The notes under the pieces: model-generated
The model's database searches: none
What the model was told of the DNA's origin: nothing
Seen by the model: the letters and a program-made list of their open reading frames with translations, nothing else
Translations under genes and position numbers: made by a program
Part shown: in pieces, positions 52,408 to 62,457 of the stretch
Layout: every line of letters begins with the position of its first letter
Position numbering within the stretch: the stretch's first letter is position 1
Assembly: GCA_963789955.1 (NCBI GenBank)
Contig: CAWBMV010000037.1
Span: 384,001 to 448,000, forward strand
Direction of reading: 5' to 3'
DNA: 64,000 bases
Origin: an uncultured Candidatus Rokubacteria bacterium
Lineage (GTDB): Bacteria; Methylomirabilota; Methylomirabilia; Rokubacteriales; CSP1-6

Positions 52408-52484
52408 TACCGGGCTCGGATGCTCGCGATTCAGGCGCGCTGCGGTTCCGGCTATGGGCGGGCGCGGGCGGGCGCGACTCGAGA

Positions 52485-53873
52485 TCAGGCGCGGCGCTGC
52501 GGGATGCCGTGCTTGCGCATCTTGGAGTAGAGCGTGGGCCGGCGGAGGCCCAGCAGGGCCGCGGCGGCCTGCTTGTTCCAGCGTGTCGTTTCGAGCGCCT
52601 TCAGGATCGATGCGCGCTCGATCTCCTCGAGCGAGCCGGCCGGCACCTGCGAGGGCGCCACCGCCGAGGGGCCGAGGCCGCCTTCGCGCGCGCCGTGCTG
52701 GAGCTGCTCGGGCAGATCCTCCAGGACGATCATCGGCCCCCGCGTCACCAGCACCGCACGCTCGATCGCGTGCTGGAGCTCGCGCACGTTGCCCGGCCAC
52801 GACCACGACAGCAGCCGTCGATACGCTTCCGGATCGATGCCCTCCACCGGGCGCGCGTGCTTGGTGCGATAGCGATCGAGGAAGGCGCGGACCAGAATCG
52901 GGATGTCGTCGCGGCGCTCCCGTAGCGGCGGCACCGCGATGGACACGGTGTTGATCCGGAAATAGAGGTCCTGCCGCAGATGACCGTCGCGCAGCGCGAC
53001 GTCGGGGCTCTGGTTGGTCGAGCTGATCAGGCGGAAGTCGACGGGCACGGCTTTCGCGGCGCCGAGACGGCGGACCATTCGCTCCTCGAGCACGCGGAGG
53101 AGCTTGGCCTGGAGGTCGATCGGCATCTCGGTGATCTCGTCGAGGAGCAGTGATCCGCCGTCGGCTTCTTCGAGCAGTCCGACCTTGTCCGTCGTCGCGC
53201 CCGTGAACGCGCCGCGGGTGTGACCGAAGAGCTCCGACTCGATCAGGTCCTTGGGCAGCGCCGCGCAGTTGATCTTGATCCACGGACCGCTCCGGCGATG
53301 GCTCTTCTCGTGGAGCGCGTTGGCCAGGAGCTCCTTGCCGGTGCCGCTCTCGCCGACGATCAGGACGTTGGCGTCGGCATCGGCCACCGCCGCGACCGTC
53401 TCCAGCACGCGCTGGATACCGGGCGCGCTGCCGAGAATTTCGGTATCGGTCACCTGGTCGACGAGCCGGCGTTTGAGGTCCGCGTTCTCACCGACCAGCT
53501 TGCGATGCTCGAGCGCGTTCTCGAGGAGCACGAGGAGCTCGTCCGGCTCGAACGGCTTCTCGAGGACGTGGAACGCGCCGGCGCCCTTCGTGGCTTCCAT
53601 CGCCTTGCGCACCGATCCGTACGCGGTGATGACGAGCACTTCGAGGGCGGGATCGCGGCGCTTGAGCTCGCGGGTCAGCTGCAAACCGTCGCCGTCGGGC
53701 AGCATCAGGTCCACGATCGCGGCGTGCGGGTCGCCCTGCACGAGAGCGCCCAGCGCTTCGCGCACGCTGCCCGCGGTGCGCACGCCGTAGCCTTCGCTCT
53801 CGAGCGTCAGGCGCAGTCCGTCGGCGATCGTCTTCTCGTCGTCGACGACGAGAATCGTATGGCTGCGCTTCAT
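52485..53873 (-). CDS. NtrC-family sigma-54 response regulator
   Basis: Intact receiver (VVDD, IVDLMLP, KPF), GESGTGKE, GAFTGA, WPGNVREL, Fis HTH. Confidence 0.93.
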   Translation of the reverse strand: MKRSHTILVVDDEKTIADGLRLTLESEGYGVRTAGSVREALGALVQGDPHAAIVDLMLPDGDGLQLTRELKRRDPALEVLVITAYGSVRKAMEATKGAGAFHVLEKPFEPDELLVLLENALEHRKLVGENADLKRRLVDQVTDTEILGSAPGIQRVLETVAAVADADANVLIVGESGTGKELLANALHEKSHRRSGPWIKINCAALPKDLIESELFGHTRGAFTGATTDKVGLLEEADGGSLLLDEITEMPIDLQAKLLRVLEERMVRRLGAAKAVPVDFRLISSTNQSPDVALRDGHLRQDLYFRINTVSIAVPPLRERRDDIPILVRAFLDRYRTKHARPVEGIDPEAYRRLLSWSWPGNVRELQHAIERAVLVTRGPMIVLEDLPEQLQHGAREGGLGPSAVAPSQVPAGSLEEIERASILKALETTRWNKQAAAALLGLRRPTLYSKMRKHGIPQRRA

Positions 53874-53899
53874 TGTAGCGGGGGCCTCGAGGTCGGGTT

Positions 53900-54257
53900 G
53901 GACCGAGGGTGGCCTGAGATAGGCGCGAGCCGGCTCCGCAGGGTCGTCTTCATCGCGGCGCGGTCTGCGGGCCCGGCTCGGCGTTCGCGGGCCCCGCGGT
54001 GGACCGAGGGTGGCCTGAGATAGGCGCGAGCCGGCTCCGCAGCGTCGTCTTCATCGCGCCGCGGTCTGCTGGCCCGGCTTGGCGTTCGCGGGCCCCGTGG
54101 TGGACCGAGGGTGGCCTGAGATAGGCGCGAGCCGGCTCCGCAGCGTCGTCTTCATCGCGCCGCGGTCTGCTGGCCCGGCTTGGCGGTCGCGGGCCCCGTG
54201 GTGGACCGAGGGTGGCCTGAGATAGGCGCGAGCCGGCTCCGCAGCGTCGTCTTCATC
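53900..54257. repeat. Tandem repeat, 101-bp period, about 3.5 copies
   Basis: GGACCGAGGGTGGCCTGAGATAGGCGCGAGCCGGCTCCGCAG... starts at 53900, 54001, 54102 and 54203; copies differ by a few substitutions. Confidence 0.95.
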
Positions 54258-54282
54258 CGTGGCGTGCTTCAGTGGCCCCGGT

Positions 54283-54299
54283 TGCGGTTCGTTGGTGCA
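54283..54299 (-). promoter_or_regulatory. NtrC-like box upstream of the repeat and activator gene
   Basis: Minus strand TGCACCAACGAACCGCA; shares GCACCAACG/CCAACGAA with the glnK boxes. Confidence 0.45.
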
Positions 54300-54511
54300 C
54301 TGATGGCGCGCTCTGCCAGCATCGGTTTGGAACCGAGGTGTCCTGATTCGTCGCTGTACGAACCCGGGCGAGTCGACGTGCGTTCTCCGTGGCAATTTGT
54401 AGGGTCTCACCCGTCCCATGGTAGCGAACCGTGCAAGGCCACGGGTGCGACGCTGAAAGGCAGCGGTTTCTGGTTGAACGCCCACGGAATCTGCCGGTTC
54501 CCGCCGACCGC

Positions 54512-56035
54512 TTACGCGCCCGCGCCCGACGGGCGGGCTGAATCGGGTACCGGCTCGAGCGGCAGACGCGCCTGGACGCGAGTGCCTTCGCCCACGCGGC
54601 TCGACACCGTGAGCTCGCCCGCGTGCAGGTTGACGACCGAGCGCGCGATCGACATGCCGAGCCCGGTCCCGTCCGGCTTGGTCGTGAAGAACAGATCGAA
54701 GGCCCGCGACAGGGTCTCCTCCGTCATGCCGGGGCCGGTGTCCTCGATGGTCACGGTCACCGTCCCGGTCGCCGCCGAGTACGAGGTGGCCACGGTCAAC
54801 CGCCCCGCGCCCTCGAGCGCCTCGAGCGCGTTGAGGATCAGGTTCAGGAAGGCCTTCTTGAGCTCGCGGGTGTCGAGCCGGCCGTCCGGACACGACGAAT
54901 CGTACGCCGTGATGATCTCGACGCCCTCGGTCGGCCGGCGCGCCCGCGCGAGCTCCAGGCATTCGTCGAGCAGCGGATGCAGGGCCGTCGGCATGCGATG
55001 AAGCTCCGGGGGACGCCCGAACGCGGTGATCTCGGCGACGACGCTCGTCAGGTGATCGACGGTGACCGCGATCTTGCCGGCGAGGTCCTGTCCGGCCGGA
55101 TCGTCCACCTTCACCAGGTGCTGCTCGAGGTGGCGCACATAGAGTCGAAGCCCGGCCAGCGGATTCTTCACCTCGTGGGCCACCTGCGTCGCCATGCGTC
55201 CGAGCGCCGCGACCGCGCCGCTCTTGAGGCTTTCGAGGTCGTGCGTGTTGCGAATGGCGATCGCCGCCTGCGAGGAGAACAGCGCCAACAGCTCGAGATC
55301 GTCCTCGCCCGGCTCGAGCCGCGCCGCGGTCTCGATGACGAGCGCGCCGGCGGGGCCACGCTGAACAACCAGCGGCGCCGCCACGATCGTGCCGCTGTCG
55401 GCGCCCTCGGCCGCCCCCGACATCGTGATCGGCATGCCCTTGTCCATCGCCGCCGACGCCGCGGCTTCGAGCCGGTGCCAGGCCGTTGGCGGCGACCCCG
55501 CGCTCGCCATGGGAACGAGTCGGCCCTGCTCGAGCTGGAACACGACGCAGCGGTCCGCGTCGGTGGCCTCCACGGTGGCCTGGGCCACCGAGTCGAGGAC
55601 GCGGGCCATCACACCGGACGAGGCCAGCGCCTGGCCGACCGTCAGGAGCCGCTCGCGGTCGCGCGCCCACCGGCGTGTCGCGAGCGTCCGCGCGATCTTC
55701 GAGCGAAGCTCGTCGCGCACGAACGGCTTGGTGAGGTAGTCGAACGCGCCACGCCGGACCGCCTCGACCGCCGTCTGGATCGTGGCGTGCGCGGTCATGA
55801 TCAGCACCGGCAGGCGCGGCTGCCGCGCGTGGAGCCCTTCCATGAGCCGCATGCCGTCGGTCGGCTCCATGCGCAGATCGAGCAGGGCGAGATCGAAGCG
55901 GCCTGCCTCGGTCGCTTCGAGGGCACGGCGGGGATCGCTCGTGGCGATCACGTCGAAGCCCATCGCGGTGAGCCGCATCTCGAGCACTTCGAGGATCGCC
56001 GCGTCGTCGTCGACCACGAGGACCTTCTGCTTCAC
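54512..56035 (-). CDS. Cytoplasmic hybrid histidine kinase (REC-GAF-HisKA-HATPase)
   Basis: VVDDD..LLDLRM..TAH..LTKPF; GAF; VAHEVKNPL; NLILNA, DTGPG, FFTTK, GTGLG. Confidence 0.92.
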   Translation of the reverse strand: MKQKVLVVDDDAAILEVLEMRLTAMGFDVIATSDPRRALEATEAGRFDLALLDLRMEPTDGMRLMEGLHARQPRLPVLIMTAHATIQTAVEAVRRGAFDYLTKPFVRDELRSKIARTLATRRWARDRERLLTVGQALASSGVMARVLDSVAQATVEATDADRCVVFQLEQGRLVPMASAGSPPTAWHRLEAAASAAMDKGMPITMSGAAEGADSGTIVAAPLVVQRGPAGALVIETAARLEPGEDDLELLALFSSQAAIAIRNTHDLESLKSGAVAALGRMATQVAHEVKNPLAGLRLYVRHLEQHLVKVDDPAGQDLAGKIAVTVDHLTSVVAEITAFGRPPELHRMPTALHPLLDECLELARARRPTEGVEIITAYDSSCPDGRLDTRELKKAFLNLILNALEALEGAGRLTVATSYSAATGTVTVTIEDTGPGMTEETLSRAFDLFFTTKPDGTGLGMSIARSVVNLHAGELTVSSRVGEGTRVQARLPLEPVPDSARPSGAGA

Positions 56036-56042
56036 GCTGCCA

Positions 56043-56441
56043 TCACTTCCGTTTCTCGAGCTGCAAGTCGATCTGCTTGAGGCGCTCGAGGTCGGCCCGC
56101 AGCTTCTCGGCCTCCTGGCGCACTCGGGCCAGATCGCCCTCGCGCTTCGCGAGCTCGTCGCGCACGCGCGCGAGCTCCTGGGTGAGCCGCGCGATCTCGT
56201 CGCGCGTCGTCATGATCGAGGCGACGGCGTCGCGCCGCGCCCGGATCGCCTGCGAGTCGTCGGGATATTGAGCGAGGTACGCGTCGTACGTCGCGACGGC
56301 GGAGCGGTAGTCGCCGTCCGCGGTGAGGCGATCGGCCTTCGCCAGCATCGTCGACGGCGCACCGAAGGGATTCATGAGGTTCCAGGTGCTGCAGCCCGCG
56401 AGCACGAGCGGCAGCACGACGACGAGCAGGGACAGCCTCAT
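56043..56441 (-). CDS. Coiled-coil lipoprotein, QseG/YfhG-like
   Basis: LVLAGC lipobox, TPR-like helix, coiled coil ending LERLKQIDLQLEKRK; lies between two kinase genes. Confidence 0.7.
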   Translation of the reverse strand: MRLSLLVVVLPLVLAGCSTWNLMNPFGAPSTMLAKADRLTADGDYRSAVATYDAYLAQYPDDSQAIRARRDAVASIMTTRDEIARLTQELARVRDELAKREGDLARVRQEAEKLRADLERLKQIDLQLEKRK

Positions 56442-57871
56442 GAGCGCGGGAGGAGCACGGTGAACCGGCTCCCCTTCCCTTCCTGGGATTCGACGGTGAC
56501 GCGGCCGCCGTGTGCCTGCGCGACGCCGCGAACGATCGCCAGACCGAGACCGGTCCCGCCTCGGTCAGCGTGGGCCTGCCGGTACGGCTCGAACACGTGC
56601 GGAAGCTCGGCGGGCGGGATCCCGATGCCCGTGTCCTCGACCTGGATCTCCAGCTCCGGCCCCGTCGAAACCAGCCGCGCGACGACTCGCCCGCCGCGCT
56701 TGGTGAAGCGGATGGCGTTACCGACGAGGTTGACGACCACCTGCAGGAGCCGCGTCTCGTCGCCGAGGAGCACGAAGTCCTCGCCGACGAGCTCACGCTC
56801 GAGCGCGACGCCGGCGTGGTCGGCACTGGGCTTGAGCTCCTCCACGGCGCGCGTGACGACCGTGTCCAGATCGAGGCGTATGCGCTGGATCGGCAGGACG
56901 CCCGCCCGCAGGCGCGACACTTCGAGGATCTGGTTGACGAGTCCCAGGAGCCGATCGGAGCCGGCCGCGATGATCTCGACCAGGCGCCGCTGCTTGTCGC
57001 TGAGGGGCCCCGAGACTCGATCGCGGAGCAGGTGCGCGCCTTCGCGGATCGACGTGAGCGGCGACCGCAGCTCGTGGGAGACCGAGGCGAAGAACTCTTC
57101 CTTGGTTTCCTCCATCCGTCTGAGCTCTCGCGCCATCGAGCTGAACGAGCGCGCGAGCTGGCCGACCTCGTCCCGACCCTCGACTTCGATGGGCTCCTCG
57201 AACGAGCCCGCGGCCACGGCGGAGGTCGCGGCCGACAGCTTCTGAAGCGACTGGGTCAGACGATGCGCGATCAGCCCACTGCCGATCAGGGCGAGCCCGA
57301 CCGCGGCGCCCAGCGCCACCAGCACACCCGACCAGGTGCGCGCCTCGAGACGCGCGACCTCGGCCTGCGCCTGCAGGACGTCGGCGTGCATCGATTCGGT
57401 CAGCGCCTCCAGGCTCGCTTCGATGCGCTCGGCGAGCGACCGCGATGCGCCCTCCGAGAGGGCCGCCGCGCGCACGCGCTGGCCGCGGGCGAGCAAGGCC
57501 TGGATCTGGCCAACCGTGCCGTAGTAGCGCTCGAAGGACTCGCTGGCGTCTTCGAGAAGGCGGGTTTCCTGCGCGTTCGTCGTGTACTCGCGCAGGCGGA
57601 TCAGGCTCGCGCGCAGGCGGTCGGCCCGCTCGTTCCAGGCATTGATGAAGCGCGCGTCGTTGAGCACCAGGAACCGGGCTTCGAGCCGAACCAGCGCGGG
57701 CACCGTGTCGCGCGTCGCTGCGGCGAGGCGGAGCGCCGGAACGGTGCGGGTGGTGATCTCACGGTTGACAGAGGCGAGGCGGCCGACGGCGCGGAGGCTC
57801 AGGACGCCAACGACGCCGAGTACGACCACGACGACCGCCGACGTCAAAAATATCTTCGAGGCGAGCCGCAT
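56438..57871 (-). CDS. Membrane HAMP histidine kinase (GlrK/QseE-like architecture)
   Basis: TM, helical periplasmic domain, TM, HAMP (RDEVGQLA), SHELRSPL, NLVGNAIRF, DTGIG, GTGLGL; ATG at 57871. Confidence 0.9.
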   Translation of the reverse strand: MRLASKIFLTSAVVVVVLGVVGVLSLRAVGRLASVNREITTRTVPALRLAAATRDTVPALVRLEARFLVLNDARFINAWNERADRLRASLIRLREYTTNAQETRLLEDASESFERYYGTVGQIQALLARGQRVRAAALSEGASRSLAERIEASLEALTESMHADVLQAQAEVARLEARTWSGVLVALGAAVGLALIGSGLIAHRLTQSLQKLSAATSAVAAGSFEEPIEVEGRDEVGQLARSFSSMARELRRMEETKEEFFASVSHELRSPLTSIREGAHLLRDRVSGPLSDKQRRLVEIIAAGSDRLLGLVNQILEVSRLRAGVLPIQRIRLDLDTVVTRAVEELKPSADHAGVALERELVGEDFVLLGDETRLLQVVVNLVGNAIRFTKRGGRVVARLVSTGPELEIQVEDTGIGIPPAELPHVFEPYRQAHADRGGTGLGLAIVRGVAQAHGGRVTVESQEGKGSRFTVLLPRS

Positions 57872-58363
57872 TCCGCCTCTCACTCTGTCCGAGATCGCAG
57901 CTTCAGCCGGCGGAGCCGCCGGAGCGAGTTGAGTCGCCGTGAGCTTCGCGATAAGCCGCCGCTGATCGTCGAAAACTTCGACGTCGACGACGAGAGTCGT
58001 ACGACCACGATGGACGATCTGGGCCTCGGCTGTCAAGGTCCCGTGATCCGAATTTCGGATAATGTTTGTCGATAGTTGAAGGGTCAGAGGAAAGAGCTCG
58101 GGGCGAAGCTCGCCCGAAGGGTTGATCTCCCACATCGCCGCGCACGTGGCCGTCTCGTCCGCGAGCGCCACGATCGCGCCGGCGTGGAAGCGGCCGGTGA
58201 GCTGCGAGAGCGTCGGTTTGTAGTCGAGCTGGGCCACGGCGCGGCCCGACCCCACCGACACGAATCGTGTTCCGTGGCTCTCGATCATCGTGCCGCGAGC
58301 CCACCCAGCGAGCCTCTTCAGGAATTCCTCGGGCGTGACGGTTCGCGGTGGCACGCGACTCAC
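57872..58363 (-). CDS. PaaI/hotdog thioesterase-like domain, in frame with the kinase in this assembly
   Basis: QLTGRFHAGAIVALADE, TLQLSTNIIRN, HRGRTTLVVDVEV. Confidence 0.75.
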
Positions 58364-58388
58364 CTCGATGTGTGGTCGCGCCTCGGGC

Positions 58389-60205
58389 TCAGTGCGCCGC
58401 CTCGGCCGGGCGAGCTCGGTGACACCAGACGGTGAGGATCGAGATGGCGGCGGGAGTCACGCCGGGAATGCGTGAGGCCTGGCCCAGCGAGCGCGGGCGG
58501 ACCTCGGTGAGACGCTCCCGAATCTCCGTCGAGAGACCGGGCACGGCGCGGTAGTCGAGTCCGTCGGGGATCAGCCGTTGCTCGAGGCCCTTGAAGCGCG
58601 CCACGTCGTCGAGCATGCGGCGGATGTAGCCCTCGTACTTCGCGGAGACCTCGACCTGGCGCGCCACCGCGACGTCGGTGAGCGCGGCGGGATCCAGGCG
58701 GCGGACGTCGGCGTAGGTCACCTCGGGTCGCCGGAGGAGCTGGAGCAGCGGAGTGCCGCCGATCCGCGTCGACTCGAGGCGCCGAATCTCCGCCGCCGTC
58801 TGCGCGCGACGTCGCTCGACGGCCTCGAAACGCTCGCGCGAGACGAGGCCGAGGCGGTGGCCGGCGGGCGTGAGGCGCAGGTCCGCGTTGTCCTCACGGA
58901 GGAGCAGCCGATACTCCGCACGCGAGGTGAACATCCGGTACGGCTCCAGCGTGCCTTTCGTCACCAGATCGTCCACCAGCACGGCCATGTAGCACTCGGA
59001 GCGATCCGGCAGAAACGGCTCGCGCCCGAGCACCGCCGCCGCCGCGTTGGCCCCCGCCCAGAGCCCGAGCGCGGCGGCCTCCTCGTATCCGGTCGTGCCG
59101 TTGATCTGGCCGGCGAGATAGAGCCCCGGCGCCGCGCGGCATTCGAGCGTCGGCGCCAGCTGCGTCGGGTGGACGAAGTCGTACTCGATCGCGTAGCCCG
59201 GCCGCATGATCTCCGCGCGCTCGAGGCCCGGGATCGAGCGGACCAGCGCGTCCTGCGCGTCCGGCGGCAGGCTCGTCGAGATCCCGTTCGCGTACACCTC
59301 TTCGGTGTCGAGGCCGTCGGGCTCGAGGATCACCTGATGGCGGTCGCGGTCCGCGAACCGCTTCGACCTTGTCCTCGATCGATGGACAGTACCGGACGCC
59401 GGTCGCGTCGATGATCCCGGAGTAGAGCGGCGAGCGGTCGAGGTTCTGCCGGACGATCTCGTGCGTGCGCGGTGTCGTGTACGTGATGTGGCACGACACC
59501 TGACGAAGCTCGAGCCGCTCGGTCGCCCAGTGAAACGGCCACGGCTCGGCATCTCCGCACTGCTCCTCGAGCCGCGTGTAGTCGATCGTGGAGTGCCGCA
59601 GGCGCGGTGACGTGCCGGTCTTGAGCCGTCCGAGGGTGAGACCGAGATCCCGCAAGGCGTTCGAGAGATCGACCGACGCGAATTCGCCGGCCCGGCCCGC
59701 GCTGTGACGCGCGAGCCCGACGTGAATCAGCCCGCGCAGAAACGTCCCGGTGGTCACGACGACCGCCCGGGCGCCATAGCGGACGCCGATCTGGTCCTCG
59801 ACGCCGGCCACCCGGCCGCCTTCGAGGACGAAACGCACCGCCTGTCCCTGTCGCACCTCGAGGTTCGGCTCGTGCTCGATCGTCCGCTTCATCGCGCCGC
59901 GGTACCGGGCGCGGTCGCACTGGGCGCGCGACGGCCCGGACGGCGGGCCCGCGCGAGGCGTTGAGCGTCTTGAGCTGGATCGCGGCCCGGTCGGTGTTGC
60001 GGCCCATCTCCCCGCCGAGCGCGTCGATCTCGCGCACCAGATGCCCCTTCGCGGTGCCGCCGACGGCGGGGTTGCACGACATCTGGCCGATCGCGTCGAG
60101 GTTCATGGTGAGGAGGAGGGTGCGGCAACCCATGCGTGCCGACGCCAGTGCCGCCTCACACCCCGCATGGCCGGCGCCGATCACGATCACGTCAAAGAAT
60201 TGCAT
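58389..60205 (-). CDS. mnmG: tRNA uridine-5-carboxymethylaminomethyl(34) synthesis enzyme (frameshifts near 59930 and 59365)
   Basis: [69 protein letters not shown]. Confidence 0.95.
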
Positions 60206-60265
60206 TCCGCTTAGTGATACCATAACGGCCGTCGCGTTCCAGGATTCCCCCTTATTTCTCGGAGG

Positions 60266-61317
60266 ATGGTCGTGGAGTTCGGGTTCTCGCTTCCGGGTCG
60301 CGGGCCGCTGGCCAGCATCGACGTCGTTCTGAAGCTCGCCGAGAAAGCCGACGCGCTGCGGTTCGATTCGCTGTTCGTCACCGACCACGTCGTCATGCCC
60401 GTCGCCTCGGCGCAAGTCGGTCTATCCGTACACCGCGAGCGGCCAGTTTCCCGGCGGGCTCGCGCAGGACTACCTCGAGCCGCTGGCGACCCTGGCCCAC
60501 CTCGCGCACGCGACCAAGCGGGCCCGGCTCGGCATCAGCGTGCTCGTCGTTCCGTATCGCAACCCGCTGCTCCAGGCCAAGATGCTCGCGACCATCGACG
60601 TGCTCTCCAAGGGCCGCGTCATCCTGGGCGCCGGCGTCGGCTGGCTCCGCGAGGAGTTCGAGGCGCTCGGCGCGCCGCCGTTCGAGGAGCGCGGGCGCGT
60701 GACCGAGGACTACATCAAGCTGATGCGCGCCGACGTGGACGACCGATCCGGTCAGCTACGAGGGCAAGCACTACTCGGTCCGCGACGTCCACGTGCTGCC
60801 CAAGCCGGTGCAGCGCGGCGGCATTCCCGTGTGGATCGGCGGCCACAGCGGCGCGGCCGTCCGGCGCGCCGGCACCATCGGCGACGGCTGGCATCCGATC
60901 GCGATGCGACCGCCGGCGATGCTCGGGCCCGACGAGTACGGCGCGAAGGTCAAGGAGCTCCACGACTGGGCGCGCCGGCCGGGTCGCGACCCGAAGGCGA
61001 TCACGCTCACCATTCGCGTCCCGATGGACGTGCGCGCGCGCAACGCCAAGCCCGCGACCGGCGACCGGCCGCCGTTCCAGGGCACCGCGGACGAGATCGT
61101 CGCCGATATCCGCCGCTACCAGGCGCTCGGCGTCTCGCACTTCGTCTTCGACCACACCGTGCAGGAGCTCCGCGCGGTCCTCGCGAACATGGAGCGCTTC
61201 GCGAGCGACGTGCGGCCGAAGCTCTCGCGCGCCGCCGGCGGCCGCACCGCCGCCGCGTCGTCTCGTGCCGGGTCGAAGACGCCTCCGAAGAAGAAGGCCG
61301 CGAAGCGACGCGCATGA
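60266..61317 (+). CDS. LLM-class F420-dependent oxidoreductase (frameshifts near 60415 and 60735)
   Basis: [57 protein letters not shown]. Confidence 0.85.
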
Positions 61318-62457
61318 TCTCGCATCAGGACGCGTGCGCGCTCATCGACGCGCCGGCGGCGGCGCTGGACGAGCTGCTGGTCCGGGCCGGCGAGCTGCGC
61401 GACCGCGGGCGCGGGCGCACCGTGACCTTCTCGGCCAAGGTGTTCGTGCCGCTGACGACCCTGTGCCGTGACTACTGCGGCTACTGCACGTTTCGCCGCG
61501 ATCCGGGCGAGCCCGGCGCCCACACGATGGAGCCGGACGAGGTCGTGGCCCTCGCGCAGGCCGGAGCGCGACTGGGCGCCAAGGAAGCGCTGTTCTCGCT
61601 CGGCGACAAGCCGGAGGCGGCGTTCGCCAGTCATCGCGACGTTCCTGCGCCGTCACGGCCACCGCACGACACTCTCGTACCTGCGCGCGGTGTGCGCGGC
61701 GGTCCTCGCGGAGTCGTCGCTCCTGCCCCACGCCAACCCGGGGCTGATGGGCGAGCGCGATCTGGCGGCGCTGCGCGAGGTGAACGTGAGCATGGGCATC
61801 ATGCTCGAGACGGTGTCGGAGCGGCTGCTGGCGCGCGGCATGGCGCACGACCGCGCGCCGGACAAGATCCCGGCGCGGCGGCTGCGGACGATCGCGCTGG
61901 CCGGGAAGCTCGGCATCCCGTTCACGACCGGCCTCCTGATCGGCATCGGCGAGACGCGCCGCGAGCGCGTGGACACACTCGTCGCCATCCGCGACCTGCA
62001 CGAGAAGCACGGCCACATCCAGGAGGTCATCGTCCAGAACTTCCGCGCCAAGCCGCGGATCCCGATGCGCGATGCCGCCGAGCCCTCGCTCGAGGACCTC
62101 CTGTGGACGCTCGCGGTGGCGCGGCTCGTGCTCGGCCCGGACGTGAACATCCAGGCGCCGCCGAACCTCTCGCCCGACGTCTATCCCCGGCTCCTGGCGG
62201 CGGGCCTCAACGACTGGGGCGGCATCTCACCGCTGACCCTCGATCACATCAACCCAGAGAAACCGTGGCCGCTGATCCCCGAGCTCCGGCGCGCGACCGA
62301 GAGCCAGGGCTTCGTCCTGCGCGAGCGTCTCGCGATCTATCCGGAGTTCGCGACGCGCGCCGAGTACCTGGACGAAAGCCTGCGCGCGCGCGTCCAGGCC
62401 CAGGTCGACGAGCGCGGTCTCGTCAAGGAATCCCATGAACGCTGGCGTCGCTGGTAG
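61314..62457 (+). CDS. cofG: FO synthase subunit 1 (frameshift near 61640)
   Basis: VFVPLTTLCRDYCGYCTF, PHANPG, SMGIMLE, PFTTGLLIGIGE, QEVIVQNF, QAPPNL, NDWGGISP, DHINPE. Confidence 0.92.

Noticed and set aside
53900..53960. TPP riboswitch (GGGTG..CTGAGA)
   Set aside because: Lacks the downstream ACCTGAT/TAAT/GCGTAGG core and lies on the strand opposite the flanking genes
53900..54257. CRISPR array
   Set aside because: The whole 101-bp unit repeats, there are no unique spacers and no cas genes are nearby
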